A stretch of DNA of 64,000 bases from Trypanosoma brucei (lineage: Eukaryota): contig CH464491.1 in NCBI GenBank assembly GCA_000002445.1, forward strand, positions 2,784,001 to 2,848,000. The letters are read 5' to 3'. Positions 61,640-64,000 of the stretch are shown piece by piece. The notes beneath the pieces are model-generated. The model saw only the letters and a program-made list of their open reading frames with translations, did no database searches and was not told where the DNA came from. The translations under genes and the position numbers were made by a program. Position 1 is the first letter of the stretch. Each line of letters starts with the position of its first letter.

Positions 61640-62646
61640 GGTTGCGTGGCCGTCCGTCTGCTTGCCCTTGTGTGCGTGTGTTTGTGACCACTTGAAATGA
61701 AATAACAAACACTGACGCGAAGGTTGGTCCCAAAGAGAGGCGTTACAAATGTTAAGCGAAGGAGATTAATGAAGGAAATAACTGACACATTATAGCCGGA
61801 ACACCCACGAATGCGGGGACGGGTTTGGGTTCAACCGAAAGATTCGAGCTTGAGCTTAACGAATTGGGGATATAACCAAAGGTTCCAAAAAAAAAAAAAA
61901 GAATGGGACCTGACATTCCTCTATTACCACGTTATCTTCCTGTCACAACTTCGTGACGCATGATCTGCATTACTATCGGCAGATGAAAGGGTTGGAGAAA
62001 GGCGCCGCCTGTTCCAACAAGTGATTCATTTATATTAGGGGTTTGCGGGGAGCAACAACGTGACGCAAAGCTTGCCTAACCAGCATTTATCATTTTCCCG
62101 TCGTCCATTACTGGTCTTAATATTTATGTGGGCGGGAAAATGTAAGATAGGATTCTTATGCCGCTCCAGTGCCCGCTCGTTCGTGAGCCGCGGGTTATTG
62201 TCGTGCCGTATTGCTCCGAAGCGGTTCATTCCTACGTGTTGAGAAGGTCGCTGGCGTATAATTATTTTTTTTGAGAAGCTTTGACTAGCGTTTGCTTCGT
62301 TTTGGACACTCGTTATTGTAGGAAGCTGCTCATTCAGGCAGAAAGGGTTATTGAAGTCGCATATTCCTCGTGACAACCTCTTGGTGTAAATTGTTATTTA
62401 CATTTGACAGTGGTGGTAAGTGGACATCTATGCTCACAGAAGGACGTTCATATGCATATATTCAGGGAACTGCAACACGGTTAGTGGGTTCTGACTTGAT
62501 AGGCGCGTGGGCAACCGTGTCCTCGTTTCGCCTAATGCTATCGGGAACTTCAAGTGGTGTGGAGCCTCCCGTTACTGTTGGTAACGTTTGGAAAAAGGAA
62601 ACAACTCGCCGCATTGAGCTTCCTTCATCTACTGGCATCTACAGAA

Positions 62647-64000
62647 ATGCCAGCCCTCCGACCTCCCATGCTTGAAAACCATGCACTTGTTGTTGCAGCG
62701 CTTGCCATGTCATTCCCCTCCCCACACGTGTCTTCTCTAATACTTTTGTTTTTTAGTCCTGAGATGCTTCGCCGTACACTTTCGCGCTGCTTTTCTGCGG
62801 ATGCCATTGGCCCCGTGCACCCCGATGTGATGTGGGGATATATGGACGCCCGCTACGCAGGGCCGGGGTGGGTGAGTTGGATCAAGCAGTTGCCCGTCGA
62901 AACGCTCACCATGCAGGGTGGCACCTCCATGACAAATATGAACGACCGTACCGGCGTCATTGCCGACCCAGAGGATCCCCGGCATCCAATAGCGCTCATA
63001 CAATGGGGACCCATGAACCACTATGACGGAGCCTTCATGCAACTCTCCTACGGAGACTACGGTCCAATCAGCCAAGGCTCCCGACTAATGCAGGTGCTCT
63101 ACGATAACTATTTGGAACCCTTTTCCATGAACCGGGTGTGTGCCCAGCTGTACTTCTATCAGAAGGTGCCGAACAACTACCACGAGTCTGTTGAGGCTTC
63201 TGCCGAATATATTGGCCAAACTGCCTCGCTCATTGGGCAAGTGTTGGTAGGAATGGGTTCTGTTATTATGGAAGGTGTGACGGTGAAGGGTGACACGAAC
63301 TGTGTGTACATTGCAGAGGGCGTACAAGTGTTGGAAAACACGTGTATAGTGAGTGACGCTCCAACCGACCTCCTTGCCTATCAGCGGCACGAGGCAATCA
63401 ACCCCTACCAGCAATGGGACGGCATGGATGGTGTGTGTAGAATCATGCAGAACACGATCATTGAACCTAACTGCTTCTTGGATAGCTGTTCCATCGGGCC
63501 TTTCAATCGCATAGGTCACAATACCAAGATCATGAAGGGGGTAACGACAGGAACGATGGTCCATATCCTCCCGGGAAGCGTTGTAACAAAGGACACAAAA
63601 ATTGGCGACGGTGAGCTTTGGGGTGGTGCTCCTGCGGTTAAAATTGGAAAAGTGAGCAAATTCGAGTGGAAACGTCCCTACTTCGCCTCCCTCCTGCACA
63701 GAGAGAGCGTAGTGGAGTCTTACCGCAACATGTCGCGGTATGGTGACCAGGTGGTGCACTTTCAAGACAAGATGGGAAAGTTAGATACGCTCATGCTGCA
63801 ATATGAAAAGGATGTTCCAGCTTCTGTGAAGGCGAAGATAAAGGAGTTTGTACAGGGGCGTGAACCGTTCCATCATATGCTGACGCGGATCACGCAAGGT
63901 TGGTCGCCCGCTAACCGCCCAGACGACAAGAACTACAATCTGTGCCCACCGCTTCCGGGAGTGAAACTGTTTGCGGAGCACAATAACGATTCCTCTGATA
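62647..64000 (+). CDS. Gamma-carbonic-anhydrase-like protein (left-handed beta-helix; mitochondrial complex-I-associated type). The 3' end is truncated by the window.
   Basis: By my own translation, frame 1 is open from the TAA at 62533-62535 to the window end; this ORF is absent from the track because it has no stop. Hexapeptide-repeat beta-helix motifs are present (GSVIMEGVTVKGDTNCVYIAEGVQVLENTCIV; IIEPNCFLDSCSIGPFNRIGHNTKIMKGVTTGTMVHILPGSVVTKDTKIGDGELWGGAPAVKIGKV). In-frame ATGs occur at 62647, 62668, 62707 and 62764; the N-terminal extension is consistent with a mitochondrial presequence. Confidence 0.7.
   Translation, partial: MPALRPPMLENHALVVAALAMSFPSPHVSSLILLFFSPEMLRRTLSRCFSADAIGPVHPDVMWGYMDARYAGPGWVSWIKQLPVETLTMQGGTSMTNMNDRTGVIADPEDPRHPIALIQWGPMNHYDGAFMQLSYGDYGPISQGSRLMQVLYDNYLEPFSMNRVCAQLYFYQKVPNNYHESVEASAEYIGQTASLIGQVLVGMGSVIMEGVTVKGDTNCVYIAEGVQVLENTCIVSDAPTDLLAYQRHEAINPYQQWDGMDGVCRIMQNTIIEPNCFLDSCSIGPFNRIGHNTKIMKGVTTGTMVHILPGSVVTKDTKIGDGELWGGAPAVKIGKVSKFEWKRPYFASLLHRESVVESYRNMSRYGDQVVHFQDKMGKLDTLMLQYEKDVPASVKAKIKEFVQGREPFHHMLTRITQGWSPANRPDDKNYNLCPPLPGVKLFAEHNNDSSD

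Noticed and set aside
1-64000. Possibility that the window hides a prokaryotic-style defence or mobile 'system' (operon, CRISPR, toxin-antitoxin, integron).
   Set aside because: All genes are eukaryotic housekeeping or trafficking genes on one strand of a kinetoplastid-type polycistron, with SL-type polypyrimidine spacers. There are no RBS-coupled operon structures, no short direct repeats with spacers, and no integrase or transposase.

Overview
This window looks like nuclear DNA from a kinetoplastid (Trypanosoma-like), not a prokaryote. All supportable genes are intron-less and lie on the + strand. They are separated by pyrimidine-rich and microsatellite-rich intergenic spacers, with (TA)n, (GT)19, (GTTT)n, poly-T and poly-A tracts. 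That is the signature of a single polycistronic transcription unit processed by trans-splicing and polyadenylation. I see no rRNA, tRNA, CRISPR or recognisable mobile element. Because eukaryotic genes in such units are not co-functional operons, I do not find a defence-island-type 'system' here and say so plainly.

Genes I can support from the translations:
- AP-3 beta adaptin (3' part of the gene)
- a giant 4083-aa coiled-coil protein that contains several copies of a nearly identical 504-nt tandem repeat
- a GH65 glycoside phosphorylase fused to a HAD/beta-phosphoglucomutase-like domain
- a type-II membrane protein
- an OS-9-like MRH lectin
- a large WD40-like protein
- an SNF2 (SWR1/INO80-type, split ATPase) remodeler
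- ESCRT-I VPS28
- a CWC22/NOM1-like MIF4G-MA3 protein
- a kinesin-like protein with degenerate nucleotide-binding motifs
- a VHS-domain protein
- 40S ribosomal protein SA
- a PUF (Pumilio) RNA-binding protein
- the casein kinase II beta subunit
- an S4/RsuA-like pseudouridine-synthase-like protein in which the catalytic Asp appears to be replaced
- the NOB1 PIN endonuclease
- a gamma-carbonic-anhydrase-like protein, truncated by the window end and absent from the supplied ORF track
- several hypothetical proteins

The most noteworthy observations are the near-identical repeat array inside the giant ORF, the phosphorylase-mutase Rosetta-stone fusion, the degenerate kinesin, the probably inactive pseudouridine-synthase-like protein, and an unusually long (~3 kb) low-complexity intergenic region.
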